From positions 1,408,001-1,472,000 of the forward strand of contig OY970173.1 in assembly GCA_963707635.1 (NCBI GenBank): a stretch of DNA of 64,000 nt, given 5' to 3'. The stretch's first letter is position 1, and every line of letters begins with the position of its first letter. The translations under genes were made by a program, and so were the position numbers. Positions 9,688-19,505 of the stretch are shown here, one piece after another. The notes under the pieces were generated by a model. It was not told the DNA's origin and did not search any database. It saw nothing but the letters and a program-made list of their open reading frames with translations. This DNA comes from Candidatus Latescibacterota bacterium. GTDB lineage: Bacteria; Krumholzibacteriota; Krumholzibacteriia; WVZY01; JAKEHA01.

Positions 9688-9705
9688 CACCGGCAGGAGA
9701 GTGTC

Positions 9706-10722
9706 ATGGCCACACCCGGAGTCATCACGATCGAGCGCCACATCCTGATGGAGCAGGAACGCTTTCCCGATTCGTCCGGAGCGCTGACCAACCTGCTCTA
9801 CGACCTCGCGCTGGCCGGGAAGCTGATCGCGAGCCGCACCCAGCGCGCGGGACTCGCGGACATCCTGGGTTCCGCGGGTCACGAGAACGTCCAGGGCGAG
9901 GAAGTCCAGAAGCTCGACGTATACGCGCAGCGGACGATCTACCAGCTCAACGACCACACTGGCCGCCTCTGCTGCATGGCCTCCGAGGAATCGAAGGAGA
10001 TCATTCCCATTCCCGACGGGTATCCCAAGGGCGACTACGTGCTCGTCTTCGACCCGCTCGACGGGTCGTCCAACATCGACTTCAACGTGGCGGTCGGCAC
10101 CATTTTCGCCGTCTTCCGGCGCAAGACCGCGTCGGGTCCCGGTCTCGTGAGCGACGTGTTGCAGAACGGCCGCGAGATCGTGGCCGGCGGCTACCTGGTG
10201 TACGGGTCGAGCACGATGCTGGTGTACACCACCGGCCACGGCGTCAACGGCTTCACCCTGGACCCGAGCATCGGCGAGTTCCTGTTGTCGCACCCGAACG
10301 TGCGGCTGCCGCAGGTTCCGAAGTACTACAGCGTGAATCAGGGCTACGACAAGTACTGGACCGAGGGCGTGCGCCGCTATACGCGCTGGCTCCAGGGCGA
10401 AGAGGGGAACGCGAGATCGCTCTCGCTGCGCTACGTCGGGTCGATGGTGGCCGACGTGCACCGCACCCTCTTCGGCGGCGGCGTGTTCTACTACCCGGCC
10501 GATTCGAAGGACCCGAACAAGCCCCAGGGCAAGCTGCGCCTGCTCTACGAGGCCATGCCGATGTCATACGTGATCGAGCAGGCGGGAGGCTACGGATCCA
10601 CCGGGCGGGGCCCGATTCTCGACGTCACCCCGAAGTCCCTGCACGAGCGCACCCCGGTGTTCGTGGGCTCGCGGGAAGTGGTCGAGAAAGCGGAAGAGTT
10701 CATCGCGCAGTACGACCGCTGA
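9706..10722 (+). CDS. fbp: Class 1 fructose-1,6-bisphosphatase
   Basis: [47 protein letters not shown]. Confidence 0.97.
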   Translation: MATPGVITIERHILMEQERFPDSSGALTNLLYDLALAGKLIASRTQRAGLADILGSAGHENVQGEEVQKLDVYAQRTIYQLNDHTGRLCCMASEESKEIIPIPDGYPKGDYVLVFDPLDGSSNIDFNVAVGTIFAVFRRKTASGPGLVSDVLQNGREIVAGGYLVYGSSTMLVYTTGHGVNGFTLDPSIGEFLLSHPNVRLPQVPKYYSVNQGYDKYWTEGVRRYTRWLQGEEGNARSLSLRYVGSMVADVHRTLFGGGVFYYPADSKDPNKPQGKLRLLYEAMPMSYVIEQAGGYGSTGRGPILDVTPKSLHERTPVFVGSREVVEKAEEFIAQYDR

Positions 10723-10737
10723 TCCGCGCCCCGCGCT

Positions 10738-12339
10738 TCAGCGAACGAACTGCGCCGCAAAGTGCTCCGGACCCAGGTTCTCGCCGGTCGCGCGCCGCAC
10801 CAGCTCGTCCCACCGATATCGTTTCCCGGGCGCGAACACGCGTTCACGCAGGAACTCGCCGACCGCCGGTTGGTCGACCATCGAGTGACGGCCGTTCGCC
10901 GACGCGAGCACGCCGCGCTGGATGGCGTGGTCGAGCTGGGACGCAAACAACTCGCCGAGCATGTAGTTGTGATAGTAGACGGGCGCCGAGACGATGTGGA
11001 TCTTCGACGCCCAGTCGGGTTCGTCGCGGCCGTCGGGGCGCGGCACGCGCTGGTAGCGTTCCACCAGGTCCCACCACAGCCGGTTCAGGTCCTGCTCGGG
11101 ATCCGCGTAGAGCGCGCGCTCGAAGCGGGTCATCACCTGGCACCAGCGCGCAAAGATGATCTGCGAGAGCCGCGTCGTGCGCGCCGATTCGCGCGCGATC
11201 GCGCCGCGCTCGGACGCCGGGAACCCGATCATGCGCTCGATCCAGTCCGCGTCCTTCGACAACCTCCCGAACAGCATCGCGATGGCCTCGGTCACGAAGA
11301 CGTGGGCGTGCTCGCGCAGGAGATACGGGAGGCCGGGGTCGATGTGGCGGTCGTAGACCGCGTGTCCGAGTTCGTGCAGCATCGTGCCCGCCCAGTTCTC
11401 GTCGTTCTGGACGTTGGCGAGCACGCGCACGTCGCCGCGCCGGTCGATGTCGAGGCAGTAGGCGTGCTGCTCCTTGCCGGGCTTTTCGAACAAGTCGCTG
11501 CGCGCGAGGATGGCGTCGACGCCGAGGCCGATCCCTTCGAAGAACCGGCGCGCAAGCGACACCACGTCGTGGTCTCGATAGTAGTGGTCGAAATCGACCG
11601 GAAATATCCGCGGCAGCTCCTGGAAGAACGGGTCCTCGTAGTGCCACGCGCGCAGTTGCGACGGCGGGATTGTGTAGCGGGCCCCCAGCGCGGCGTCGAT
11701 CTCCTCCTTGACGTGCAGGAACGGATCGCGGGTCAAGTCGTCGAGCCGGTCGAAGAGCGAGCGCAGTTCCGCCTCGTCCTGTTCGGCGAGCTCGAGCGAC
11801 ATCGTGTAGAAATCGGTGAAGCCGAGCAAGCGGGCGGAGTCGTTGCGCAAACGAACGAGCTCGAGCAGGTCCGCGCGCACTTCGTGCCCGATCCCCTTGT
11901 CGGCCTCCCACACGCGCCGGCGGTAGACGGGGTCGGGATGGCGCTTCATGATGGACCGCACGTCGTTGCCGGAGAGCTCCCGACCGTCGACGTTCACCCG
12001 GTAGGTGGCGAACGAGCGCACGATCTTGCTCGAGATGTGCGTCATCGCTTCGATCCGCGCGGGGTCGATCTGATTGCGCAGGTAGGCGCGGTGGAGCAGT
12101 TCGAGCTGCCGGCCCTCGATCGGGTCGCGGGGCCCCGATTGCTCCCGCCAGCGCGCCAGCGTGGCGAAGTCGTCCGGGTCGGCGTAGAGCTTCTGGAACT
12201 CCACCTCGAGAGTGGCGTAGCGCGAGAAGTCTTCGGGGCGGCCCGAAATGGTCGCAGTCCAGTAGGCGAGATTCACCTCGCGGGCGAGCGGCTCGACGCG
12301 GGCGAGGTGGGAGTCGATGAAGGCGCGCAGTTCGGTCAT
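10738..12339 (-). CDS. M2/M3-like (gluzincin) zinc metallopeptidase
   Basis: HELGH zinc motif, downstream TEAIA, FERALY, HIVSAPVYYHNY; ATG at 12339 inside a longer open frame. Confidence 0.85.
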   Translation of the reverse strand: MTELRAFIDSHLARVEPLAREVNLAYWTATISGRPEDFSRYATLEVEFQKLYADPDDFATLARWREQSGPRDPIEGRQLELLHRAYLRNQIDPARIEAMTHISSKIVRSFATYRVNVDGRELSGNDVRSIMKRHPDPVYRRRVWEADKGIGHEVRADLLELVRLRNDSARLLGFTDFYTMSLELAEQDEAELRSLFDRLDDLTRDPFLHVKEEIDAALGARYTIPPSQLRAWHYEDPFFQELPRIFPVDFDHYYRDHDVVSLARRFFEGIGLGVDAILARSDLFEKPGKEQHAYCLDIDRRGDVRVLANVQNDENWAGTMLHELGHAVYDRHIDPGLPYLLREHAHVFVTEAIAMLFGRLSKDADWIERMIGFPASERGAIARESARTTRLSQIIFARWCQVMTRFERALYADPEQDLNRLWWDLVERYQRVPRPDGRDEPDWASKIHIVSAPVYYHNYMLGELFASQLDHAIQRGVLASANGRHSMVDQPAVGEFLRERVFAPGKRYRWDELVRRATGENLGPEHFAAQFVR

Positions 12340-12579
12340 GGCGTGATTCCCGCGTCGCGGATAGTGGCCCACCCGCGCGGACTGCGCTACGGTAGCCCAG
12401 GAGGCGGCCCGGGCGCAAAAACAAACGCAATTCTTTTCGTGGCAAGGGCTTGTCTGCAGAGCGTACAATACCGGCCAGCACGGCCCGAATAGACGACCCC
12501 CGCCGCGTGTAACCCCGCTGCCATGAATGCACGAAACCCGGCGGTGGTCGCGGTCGAGTTCGCGCCGCGGGAGAACACG

Positions 12580-13164
12580 GTGGAACCGGACAGCGAGCGC
12601 GAAATCATCCGCGGCTGGAAGCGCGGGGACAAACGGGCGTATGAAGTGCTCGTGCGTCGCTACATGACCGACGCGTACCTGGTGGCGTACGGGTACGCCG
12701 GCAACGCCGAGGATGCGCGCGATCTTTCGCAGGAGGCGTTCATCAAGGCCTACGGGGCGCGCAGCCAGTTCGACGAAGCGCGCCCCTTCTATCCGTGGTT
12801 GTACCGGATCCTCAAGAACCACTGCCTCAACTACGTCACGCGCCGCCGGGCGCACGTGTCGATCGACGACGAAAACGAACACCGCGAGATCCCGTGCCCC
12901 CGACCTTCTCCGCTCGAAGACCTCGAGCGCGACGAGCGCCGGCGGATCGTGCGCGCCGCAGTCGAGCGACTGTCGATCGATCATCGGGAGGTCATCGTCT
13001 TGAAGAACTTCAAGGGGCACTCGTACCGGGAAATTGCCGACATGCTGGAGGTGCCGATCGGCACCGTGATGTCGCGACTGTTCTACGCGCGCCAGGCGCT
13101 GCGCGTGCTGATCGAACAGATCGAGCGGACCGGGCTGGACGATGGCGCGCGGGAGGTGGTGTGA
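12580..13164 (+). CDS. ECF RNA polymerase sigma-70 factor
   Basis: DARDLSQEAFIKA, FYPWLYRI, SYREIADMLEVPIGTVMSRLFYAR; start GTG 12580 (GGAG RBS) or ATG 12523. Confidence 0.93.
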   Translation: MEPDSEREIIRGWKRGDKRAYEVLVRRYMTDAYLVAYGYAGNAEDARDLSQEAFIKAYGARSQFDEARPFYPWLYRILKNHCLNYVTRRRAHVSIDDENEHREIPCPRPSPLEDLERDERRRIVRAAVERLSIDHREVIVLKNFKGHSYREIADMLEVPIGTVMSRLFYARQALRVLIEQIERTGLDDGAREVV

Positions 13165-13166
13165 GC

Positions 13167-13601
13167 ATGGAGTGCACGCGTTACCGCACGGACGGCATGC
13201 GGCTGCTCGACGGCGAGCTGTCGGCGCCGGAGCGGGCGGAGTACGAGGCACACGTGCGCGGGTGCGACGCGTGCCAGCGCGAGCTCGATCCGCTCGGCCG
13301 TATCGTCCGCATGACCGACGAGCTCAAGCTCCGGGTTCCCGACGAGGCGTTCTGGAAGGGGTACTGGGAGAGCGTGTACCGGCGCAGCGAGCGCAACCTC
13401 GGGTTCCTGCTGCTGATCGTCGGCGTGGTCGCTGTGCTCGCGCTCGGTATCGTGCGCGCGGTGACGTCGCCGTCGTTTTTGACCTACGAGGGGATCAGCA
13501 TCACCCTCATCCTGGTCGGGCTGGTCGTCATCTTCATTTCCGTCGCGCGCGAGCGTTACCACGAAAGCCGAAACGATCCGTACCGGGAGGTCGAGCGTTG
13601 A
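13167..13601 (+). CDS. Zinc-finger (ZAS, zf-HC2) membrane anti-sigma factor
   Basis: LLDGELS...HVRGCDAC (HxxxCxxC), two C-terminal TM helices, adjacent to the ECF gene. Confidence 0.88.
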   Translation: MECTRYRTDGMRLLDGELSAPERAEYEAHVRGCDACQRELDPLGRIVRMTDELKLRVPDEAFWKGYWESVYRRSERNLGFLLLIVGVVAVLALGIVRAVTSPSFLTYEGISITLILVGLVVIFISVARERYHESRNDPYREVER

Positions 13602-13918
13602 TCCTTGCCACCACGGAAAACATCACCGGTTACCGCATCAGCCAGGTGTTCGGTCTGGTCCAGGGCAGCTCGGTGCGGGCCCGTCACGTTGGGTCGGACA
13701 TCACCGCGTTCTTCAAGAATCTGACCGGCGGCGAGATTCGCGAGTACACCAAATTGCTGGCCGAAGCGCGCGAGCAGTGTCTGGACCGGATGCGCGAGGA
13801 GGCCACCCGCCTCGGCGCCAATGCGGTCGTGGGGTTGCGATTCTCGTCCACCGACATCTCCGAGGGCGCCTCGGAGCTGCTGGTCTACGGGACCGCGGTC
13901 GTGATCGAGCGCGCGTAG
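13598..13918 (+). CDS. YbjQ/UPF0145 family protein
   Basis: TTG start overlapping the anti-sigma stop; GGEIREYTKLLAEARE, GANAVVGLRF, YGTAV. Confidence 0.9.
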   Translation: MILATTENITGYRISQVFGLVQGSSVRARHVGSDITAFFKNLTGGEIREYTKLLAEAREQCLDRMREEATRLGANAVVGLRFSSTDISEGASELLVYGTAVVIERA

Positions 13919-13932
13919 GAGCTCATGGATTC

Positions 13933-14032
13933 GGGCGGCGTGGGCAGGTTCTCCGACGCGATTTCACGAGGCGCGCTGTAGACGTTTGCGCGCGAAGTGC
14001 ATGAGCGGAGGAGAAGCCTGCCCACGCCGCCC
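13933..14032 (+). repeat. Dispersed structured intergenic element, copy 1
   Basis: 22-bp outer stem with one bulged G enclosing GACGCGATTTCACGAG-GCGCGC-N11-GCGCGC-GAAGTGCATGAGCGGA; homologous to copies at 26911 and 59841. Confidence 0.85.
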
Positions 14033-14078
14033 CCTCGTGCTTTTGCGCTGGTCCGCAAGGCCGTGATATATTGACCGC

Positions 14079-14918
14079 ATGCAACTCGGTGACTGGAGCG
14101 TTCGGACCATTCTCGCCGGCCGCTTCGGCCTCGACGGCGGCGCGATGTTCGGCGTGGTGCCGAGGACGATGTGGGCGAAGGCGCTGCCACCGGACGAGTT
14201 CAATCGCGTGCCGATGGTGATGCGCGTCCTGCTCGTGCAGGGACGCGGTCGCACCATCGTGGTCGATGTCGGCGCCGGCGGCGGTCACACGGCGAAGAAT
14301 CGGGAGATCTACGCCTTCGAAGACACCGAACACCTCGTCGAATTGATCCGCGGGCTCGGCGTGGACCCCGCGAATGTCACCGACGTGCTCCTGACCCACC
14401 TGCACTTCGATCACGCGGCGGGCATCGTGGAGCCCGACGGCGACGGCTGGAAGCTCGCGTTTCCGAACGCCCGGCACCACGTGCAGCGCTCGCAGTGGGA
14501 GCACGCGTTGCACCCCAACCCGCGGGACCGCGCGAGCTACTACGAGGATCGCCTGCGCACCGTGGAGGCACGCGGCGTTCTGGATCTGCACGACGGACCG
14601 TGGACGCTCGCCCCGGGGTTCGATCTGCGCGTGTTCGACGGCCACTCTCCCGGTCAGCAGCTTCCGGTCATCCGCGGCGGAGAAAGCACGCTGTTTTTCT
14701 GTGGCGACCTGATCCCGACCCACCACCACGTTCCGATTCCGTACGTGATGAGCTATGACCTCTATCCGGTGACCGCCATGGGCGAGAAATCCACCCTGCT
14801 CGAGCAGGCCGCGGCGGAGGGCTGGCTCCTGCTTTTCGAGCACGACGCCCACCTGGAGGCGTGCCATATCCAGCGTGATGGCAGGCGTTTTGCTCCCGCC
14901 GACGTGGTGCGAATCTGA
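14079..14918 (+). CDS. MBL-fold metallo-hydrolase (YtnP-like)
   Basis: LDGGAMFGVVP, THLHFDHAAG, GHSPGQQ, FEHD. Confidence 0.9.
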   Translation: MQLGDWSVRTILAGRFGLDGGAMFGVVPRTMWAKALPPDEFNRVPMVMRVLLVQGRGRTIVVDVGAGGGHTAKNREIYAFEDTEHLVELIRGLGVDPANVTDVLLTHLHFDHAAGIVEPDGDGWKLAFPNARHHVQRSQWEHALHPNPRDRASYYEDRLRTVEARGVLDLHDGPWTLAPGFDLRVFDGHSPGQQLPVIRGGESTLFFCGDLIPTHHHVPIPYVMSYDLYPVTAMGEKSTLLEQAAAEGWLLLFEHDAHLEACHIQRDGRRFAPADVVRI

Positions 14919-15058
14919 TCCGGGTGCCCGAAATTCCCGAAACTCCGGGGTCCCCGGGGGTGTAGAATGACAGCCCGGACGACTTGACGAACCGGGCCGG
15001 TCTGGTGAATGATCTCTCTGATGGAATCTCGACAACCCCAGCCAGGAGGCTATCTAAG

Positions 15059-15745
15059 ATGAATCGCAGCAAGATGGTGTTTGGAACCGTGGCCGCGTTT
15101 GGCCTGGCCGTCGTGTTGGCGGGTGTCGGCGATTCGAGTTTCGCCGTGGCCTGCGACTCCTCCGCCAAGACCGCAGGCGCCACGGCGTCGTGTTGTAAGG
15201 ACAAGAGCGCGAACGCCGCGGCGGTCGACAGCAAGAAACTGAAACACATGCGCGTGGCGACGGCGTCCACGGCGGGCACGTGCACCCGGGACGCCTCGAT
15301 GTCGGCGTCGGCCAACGGCTGCACGAGGTCCACGGCGACCACCGCTTCCATGAAATCGGATTGCGAATCCGCCCACGCCACCGCGATGGCGGCCGGCGCC
15401 GGATCGTGCTGTGAGTCGAAGTCGGCCAAGACGGCAGCGATGGAAGGCTGCGATCAGGCCAAGACCGCGTCGGTCAAGCACGCGGTCGATACGCTGCCGT
15501 ACGCCGAGAACCGTCGCGTGGTGATGTCCGGGACGTACGAGTGTGGCCACTGCGCGCTCCAGCTTACCGACGAGTGCTCGCCGATGCTGAAGACCGCCGA
15601 CGGCAAGATCTATCCGCTGATGGACAACGCCCGCGTGGAGGCGATGCGCGAGGCGAAGTGCGCGAACGGCGTCGAAGTGAGCGGGCTGGTCCGGAAGATC
15701 GACGGCGTCAAGGTCATCGAAGTGAAGAGCTATCGGGCCCTGTAG
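15059..15745 (+). CDS. Exported Cys-rich hypothetical protein with C-terminal CxxC/OB-fold-like domain
   Basis: AGGAGG RBS; signal peptide; Ala/Ser/Thr/Cys low-complexity region; CGHC...C motif. Confidence 0.75.
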   Translation: MNRSKMVFGTVAAFGLAVVLAGVGDSSFAVACDSSAKTAGATASCCKDKSANAAAVDSKKLKHMRVATASTAGTCTRDASMSASANGCTRSTATTASMKSDCESAHATAMAAGAGSCCESKSAKTAAMEGCDQAKTASVKHAVDTLPYAENRRVVMSGTYECGHCALQLTDECSPMLKTADGKIYPLMDNARVEAMREAKCANGVEVSGLVRKIDGVKVIEVKSYRAL

Positions 15746-15774
15746 TCGGGTTCGGTTCGGAACACTCCGTAATG

Positions 15775-15808
15775 CACGAAGGCCTCCCCCTCGGGGGAGG
15801 CCTTCGTG
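15775..15808. terminator. Perfect 15-bp hairpin between convergent genes, probable bidirectional terminator
   Basis: CACGAAGGCCTCCCC-CTCG-GGGGAGGCCTTCGTG. Confidence 0.75.
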
Positions 15809-15836
15809 TTAAATAACGGCGCCGCGTCGACCCCGG

Positions 15837-17366
15837 TCAGCGGCCCTTCCCGCGCGACGCGGGTCTCGACATGCCCCGCGACGCGGGTGCGGAGTGTGAG
15901 CGCGGCATGGAGCTCGAATGCGGCTGGATCGCCTTCGAGCGGCCCGCGCCCGGGTTCGCGCCGCGCGAGCGCATGGCGGCTGAATTGGACCGGCGGTCGT
16001 TCGGGCGCATCCGCGGCCCGTTGGAGGTCGCCTTCGATCCGGAGTGAACCGCTCCCGGGCGGGACATCTGCGTGCGGGCCACGTCCCGCGCCGTATACGA
16101 CGGGCGGCTCTTCATCGCGCGCGTGTAGCCCGCGCGGGTTCCCACCGCCGCGCGACCACCGGTGACGCGCGTGCGCGACGAGTGGACCGCCGCGGACGAC
16201 TTCACAGACGGGCGCACGTTGGCCGATGCGATGCGCATGGTCCCGTCCTTCTGCGCGGCGAACGTCCGGTTCCGGGCCAGGGTCGAGCCCGACGCGGCCG
16301 ACCCGGACTTGTAGGCGCTCTTGTACTTCGCCGGGCTTTGAGCCGGGTAGGTCGGATAGTAACCCCCGTAGTAGCCGTCGTAGTAGCCGCCACACCCCGG
16401 AGCGTACCAGCCCGAGCAGTAATAGCCGCCCCAGCAACCCCAGCCCCACCCCCAACCCCATCCGAATCCGATCGACACCGAGAAACCGGGGTAGTATGGA
16501 TACCAACCCGGGTAGTACCAGTAGTACGGGTCGTACCACCAGGAGTCGGTGTAAATCCCCATCACGTTCGGATCCACATAGCGAACCTCTGAACCGTACG
16601 GATAGAAATTGACGACGACGTCGCCGTCGTCCGAGGGGACGACCACGGGCGAGAGGGCGCCGGTCTCCTCGGTCGCGGCCGACGCGACATCGGTCAGTTC
16701 GTAGCCGCGCCGCAACGGGTAGGAGAGCGCAGTGCGCCGGTCGAAGTTCTGCGTGACGCGGTACTGCGCGCACGCGGTCTCCGAGTCGTCGCACGGGCCG
16801 CAGAGATAGCAGGGGTGGTCGACGCGTTCGGAAACGTAGAAGTAGGTATAGCCGAACGACGCGCCGCTGCGAGACACATCATGGACGAGATCGCCGGCGA
16901 CGGTATTGGCGGCGAGGAACGGGTCGCCCTCGACGCGGTACGGCTCGCCCCCCTCCAGATCGGACCCCGCCAGCGTCGACAGCGCGGTTCGGTCGATGGC
17001 CGACGGATCGTCGACGGCGAGGGCAAAAACGAACTCGACGCCGCGCTCGCCCCCGACGACCAGGTCGCTCCCTTCCTCGGGGAGGCGATACGGCTCGCGC
17101 GCCGACAGGACGCCGGGTTCCCCGCTCGGATACAGGAGCCGAACCTGTCCCCGCGTGTCGATATCGAACACGATGATGCACGCGTCGCTGCTCGCCTGGA
17201 TCTCGAACGACATGGGCTCTCCGGGAGAGACGACGCTGCCCATGGCCGCGTCCGCGCGCACGGCCACCGAGCGAGCGGTGGTCGCGGGGTTTGTCACCAG
17301 CGCGGCGGCGATCGAGGCGTGCAAGACCGGGACGGCGAGGGTTGCGAAGGCGAGACGTGCGTTCAT
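15837..17366 (-). CDS. DUF4384-like domain exported protein with Tyr/Trp/Gly-rich and basic disordered C-terminus
   Basis: Signal peptide; PGE..F.IQASSDAC.IVFDIDTRGQVRLLYP..G.E.VFALA pattern; GGAGG RBS. Confidence 0.7.
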   Translation of the reverse strand: MNARLAFATLAVPVLHASIAAALVTNPATTARSVAVRADAAMGSVVSPGEPMSFEIQASSDACIIVFDIDTRGQVRLLYPSGEPGVLSAREPYRLPEEGSDLVVGGERGVEFVFALAVDDPSAIDRTALSTLAGSDLEGGEPYRVEGDPFLAANTVAGDLVHDVSRSGASFGYTYFYVSERVDHPCYLCGPCDDSETACAQYRVTQNFDRRTALSYPLRRGYELTDVASAATEETGALSPVVVPSDDGDVVVNFYPYGSEVRYVDPNVMGIYTDSWWYDPYYWYYPGWYPYYPGFSVSIGFGWGWGWGWGCWGGYYCSGWYAPGCGGYYDGYYGGYYPTYPAQSPAKYKSAYKSGSAASGSTLARNRTFAAQKDGTMRIASANVRPSVKSSAAVHSSRTRVTGGRAAVGTRAGYTRAMKSRPSYTARDVARTQMSRPGAVHSGSKATSNGPRMRPNDRRSNSAAMRSRGANPGAGRSKAIQPHSSSMPRSHSAPASRGMSRPASRGKGR

Positions 17367-17609
17367 GACTTCCTCCCGCGGTGATGGGGGCTTTCACCAG
17401 GGAACGATCGGGCACTCCAGGGGCGGGTAAGTTACTACATTCAATATACTCTCGAAACGCGGGCGCGACAAGCGTCTGGAACCCCGGGCCCCACGGCGGG
17501 TATGCACAAATCGGGCCGCGCGGGGCCCGACTTTTTCTAGGCAAGCCATGGAGCATGTGCTAGGTGTTGGCGGAATTCCGACCACCCGGCATACGGGTCA
17601 ACAGAAGGG

Positions 17610-18392
17610 ATGCATATGGAACTCTTTGCGGCCCTGCCCGCGGCGATCGGACGCTCGCTGCCCCAGATTCTCGCCGATTCGGGCCGATTCGGCCTGACGA
17701 TTCTCATGATCACGTTCGTCCTCTCCGTGATGACGTGGGCGGTGGTCTGGGACCGCGCGCGGCTGTATCGGAAACTGCGCTCGCGCGGCGAGGCGCTGCG
17801 CCGCGCCATGGGGTCGCGAGGGGCAGGGGCGTGCCTCGGCGACGCCGAAAAATACCTGCCTTCGATCGAGGCGTCCATCCTGCTGGAGACCCAGCGTTTC
17901 GTCGCCGCGCGCGGCGGGGGCCCCGTGCTCGAATTCGACGACCCGGCCGCGGCGGAAGCGGAGCGGACCCATCTGAAGGGACTGCTCGAGGGACGCGCCA
18001 CCGCCGAGATCGGCGAAATGGAGCGCCACCTGATTCTGCTGTCGACCACGTCGAGCGGCGCACCCTTCCTCGGTCTGCTCGGCACCGTGTGGGGCATCAT
18101 GCACAGCTTCATGAGCATGGGGGTGGAAGGCGCGGCCAGCCTCGAGGTGGTCGGCCCGGGCATCGCCGAAGCGCTGGTGACGACGATCGCCGGCCTCGCG
18201 GCCGCGATCCCGGCGCTGGTGGCGTACAACGCATTTGTGCGCGTCGTTCATCGCAAGGAAACGCAGATCGATCTCTTCATCTCCCGGGTGCTGGACTCGA
18301 TCGTGGTCTTGCGCAGCGGCGCCCAGCGTTCGCTCAATTCGCCGCGCCCGGCGCGCTCCGGCGCCGCCCCCTGGCAGACGACGACGCCATGA
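17610..18392 (+). CDS. tolQ: TolQ (MotA/TolQ/ExbB family)
   Basis: APFLGLLGTVWGIM, VGPGIAEALVTTIAGL, AIPALVAYN; first gene of the tol-pal cluster. Confidence 0.92.
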   Translation: MHMELFAALPAAIGRSLPQILADSGRFGLTILMITFVLSVMTWAVVWDRARLYRKLRSRGEALRRAMGSRGAGACLGDAEKYLPSIEASILLETQRFVAARGGGPVLEFDDPAAAEAERTHLKGLLEGRATAEIGEMERHLILLSTTSSGAPFLGLLGTVWGIMHSFMSMGVEGAASLEVVGPGIAEALVTTIAGLAAAIPALVAYNAFVRVVHRKETQIDLFISRVLDSIVVLRSGAQRSLNSPRPARSGAAPWQTTTP

Positions 18393-18793
18393 GACGCAAG
18401 AGCCCGTATTCCTCGGTCTCCGACATTAATGTCACGTCGCTGGTCGACATCATGATGGTGTTGCTCATCATCTTCATGCTGACCGCGCCGTTTCTGCAGG
18501 CGGGCATCCAGGTGAAGCTGCCCCGCGCGAAGTCCACCGTCATCAAGGAGACCGACGCGGTGGTGGTATCGGTGACGAAGGACCGCAAGGTGTACGTGAA
18601 CAGCGATCGCGTCGAGGAGAAGAAGCTGGGCCAGGTGCTGGCGGCGCTCAAGGCGGCGGGCGAGGAGCGCGTCTTCGTCCGGGCCGACCAGGATGTGTCG
18701 TACGGGGCGGTCATGTCCGTGATCGGTGAGGTCAAGGCGGCCGGGATCAACGATGTGGGCATGATCACGGAAGTGAAGCGGCAAAAACGCTGA
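18389..18793 (+). CDS. tolR: TolR (ExbD/TolR family)
   Basis: INVTSLVDIMMVLLIIFM, VFVRADQDVSYG; ATGA overlap with tolQ. Confidence 0.92.
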   Translation: MRRKSPYSSVSDINVTSLVDIMMVLLIIFMLTAPFLQAGIQVKLPRAKSTVIKETDAVVVSVTKDRKVYVNSDRVEEKKLGQVLAALKAAGEERVFVRADQDVSYGAVMSVIGEVKAAGINDVGMITEVKRQKR

Positions 18794-18805
18794 TCCTTCG
18801 ATGCC

Positions 18806-19483
18806 ATGCGCAAGTCGGTCGTCATCTCGCTGGTCTTCCACCTCTCGCTCACCTTCTTGATCTTTCAGTGGGTGTCGTTTCGCGAGGTGAAGTACGTCCC
18901 GCGCCAGGTCTACAACGTGACTCTCGTGAGCGCGGCGGCGGCTGACTCCAGGCCCACGGTGGCGCCGGCGCCGGAACCGGAGCGGGCGTCCCCGCCGGTC
19001 AAAGAGGAAAAGAAGGAAGACGAGATGGTGGTGCCTCCCGAGAAGCCGAAGGCGCCCCCCAAGAAAGCGGACCAGGAAAAGACCGTCCCGACGACGCGGA
19101 TTCAGAAGTCGGACTCGCTTTCCGGCGCCGCGTCCGACAGCGCGGGCCAGGCCCCGGCGGCGGTGGCGGGCGGGATGTCGTTCGACAGCGGCAATTTCCC
19201 GTTCACGTACTACGTCAATCGGATGCGCCAGAAGATCGCGGCGAGCTGGCAGGTCCCTGCGGGGAGCGAGGGCTCGGAACGCTCGTCGGTGGTCTACTTT
19301 CGGGTGCACCACGACGGCAGCGTGAGTCACGTGAAGGTGGAGAAATCGTCGGAACTGTTCCTCTTCGACCAGTCGTGCCAGCGCGCGGTGCTCGAGGCGG
19401 CCCCGATGCCGCCGCTCCCGCGCGAGTTCGACGACGAGTACCTGGGCGTGCATTTCAGTTTCGTGTACCTGCCGATGCAGTAA
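18806..19483 (+). CDS. tolA: TolA/TonB-like energy transducer
   Basis: N-terminal TM with SxxxH, Pro/Lys/Glu linker, C-terminal TonB_2-like domain; synteny. Confidence 0.8.
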   Translation: MRKSVVISLVFHLSLTFLIFQWVSFREVKYVPRQVYNVTLVSAAAADSRPTVAPAPEPERASPPVKEEKKEDEMVVPPEKPKAPPKKADQEKTVPTTRIQKSDSLSGAASDSAGQAPAAVAGGMSFDSGNFPFTYYVNRMRQKIAASWQVPAGSEGSERSSVVYFRVHHDGSVSHVKVEKSSELFLFDQSCQRAVLEAAPMPPLPREFDDEYLGVHFSFVYLPMQ

Positions 19484-19505
19484 CGGCGGGTTCCCGCACT
19501 TCAGC

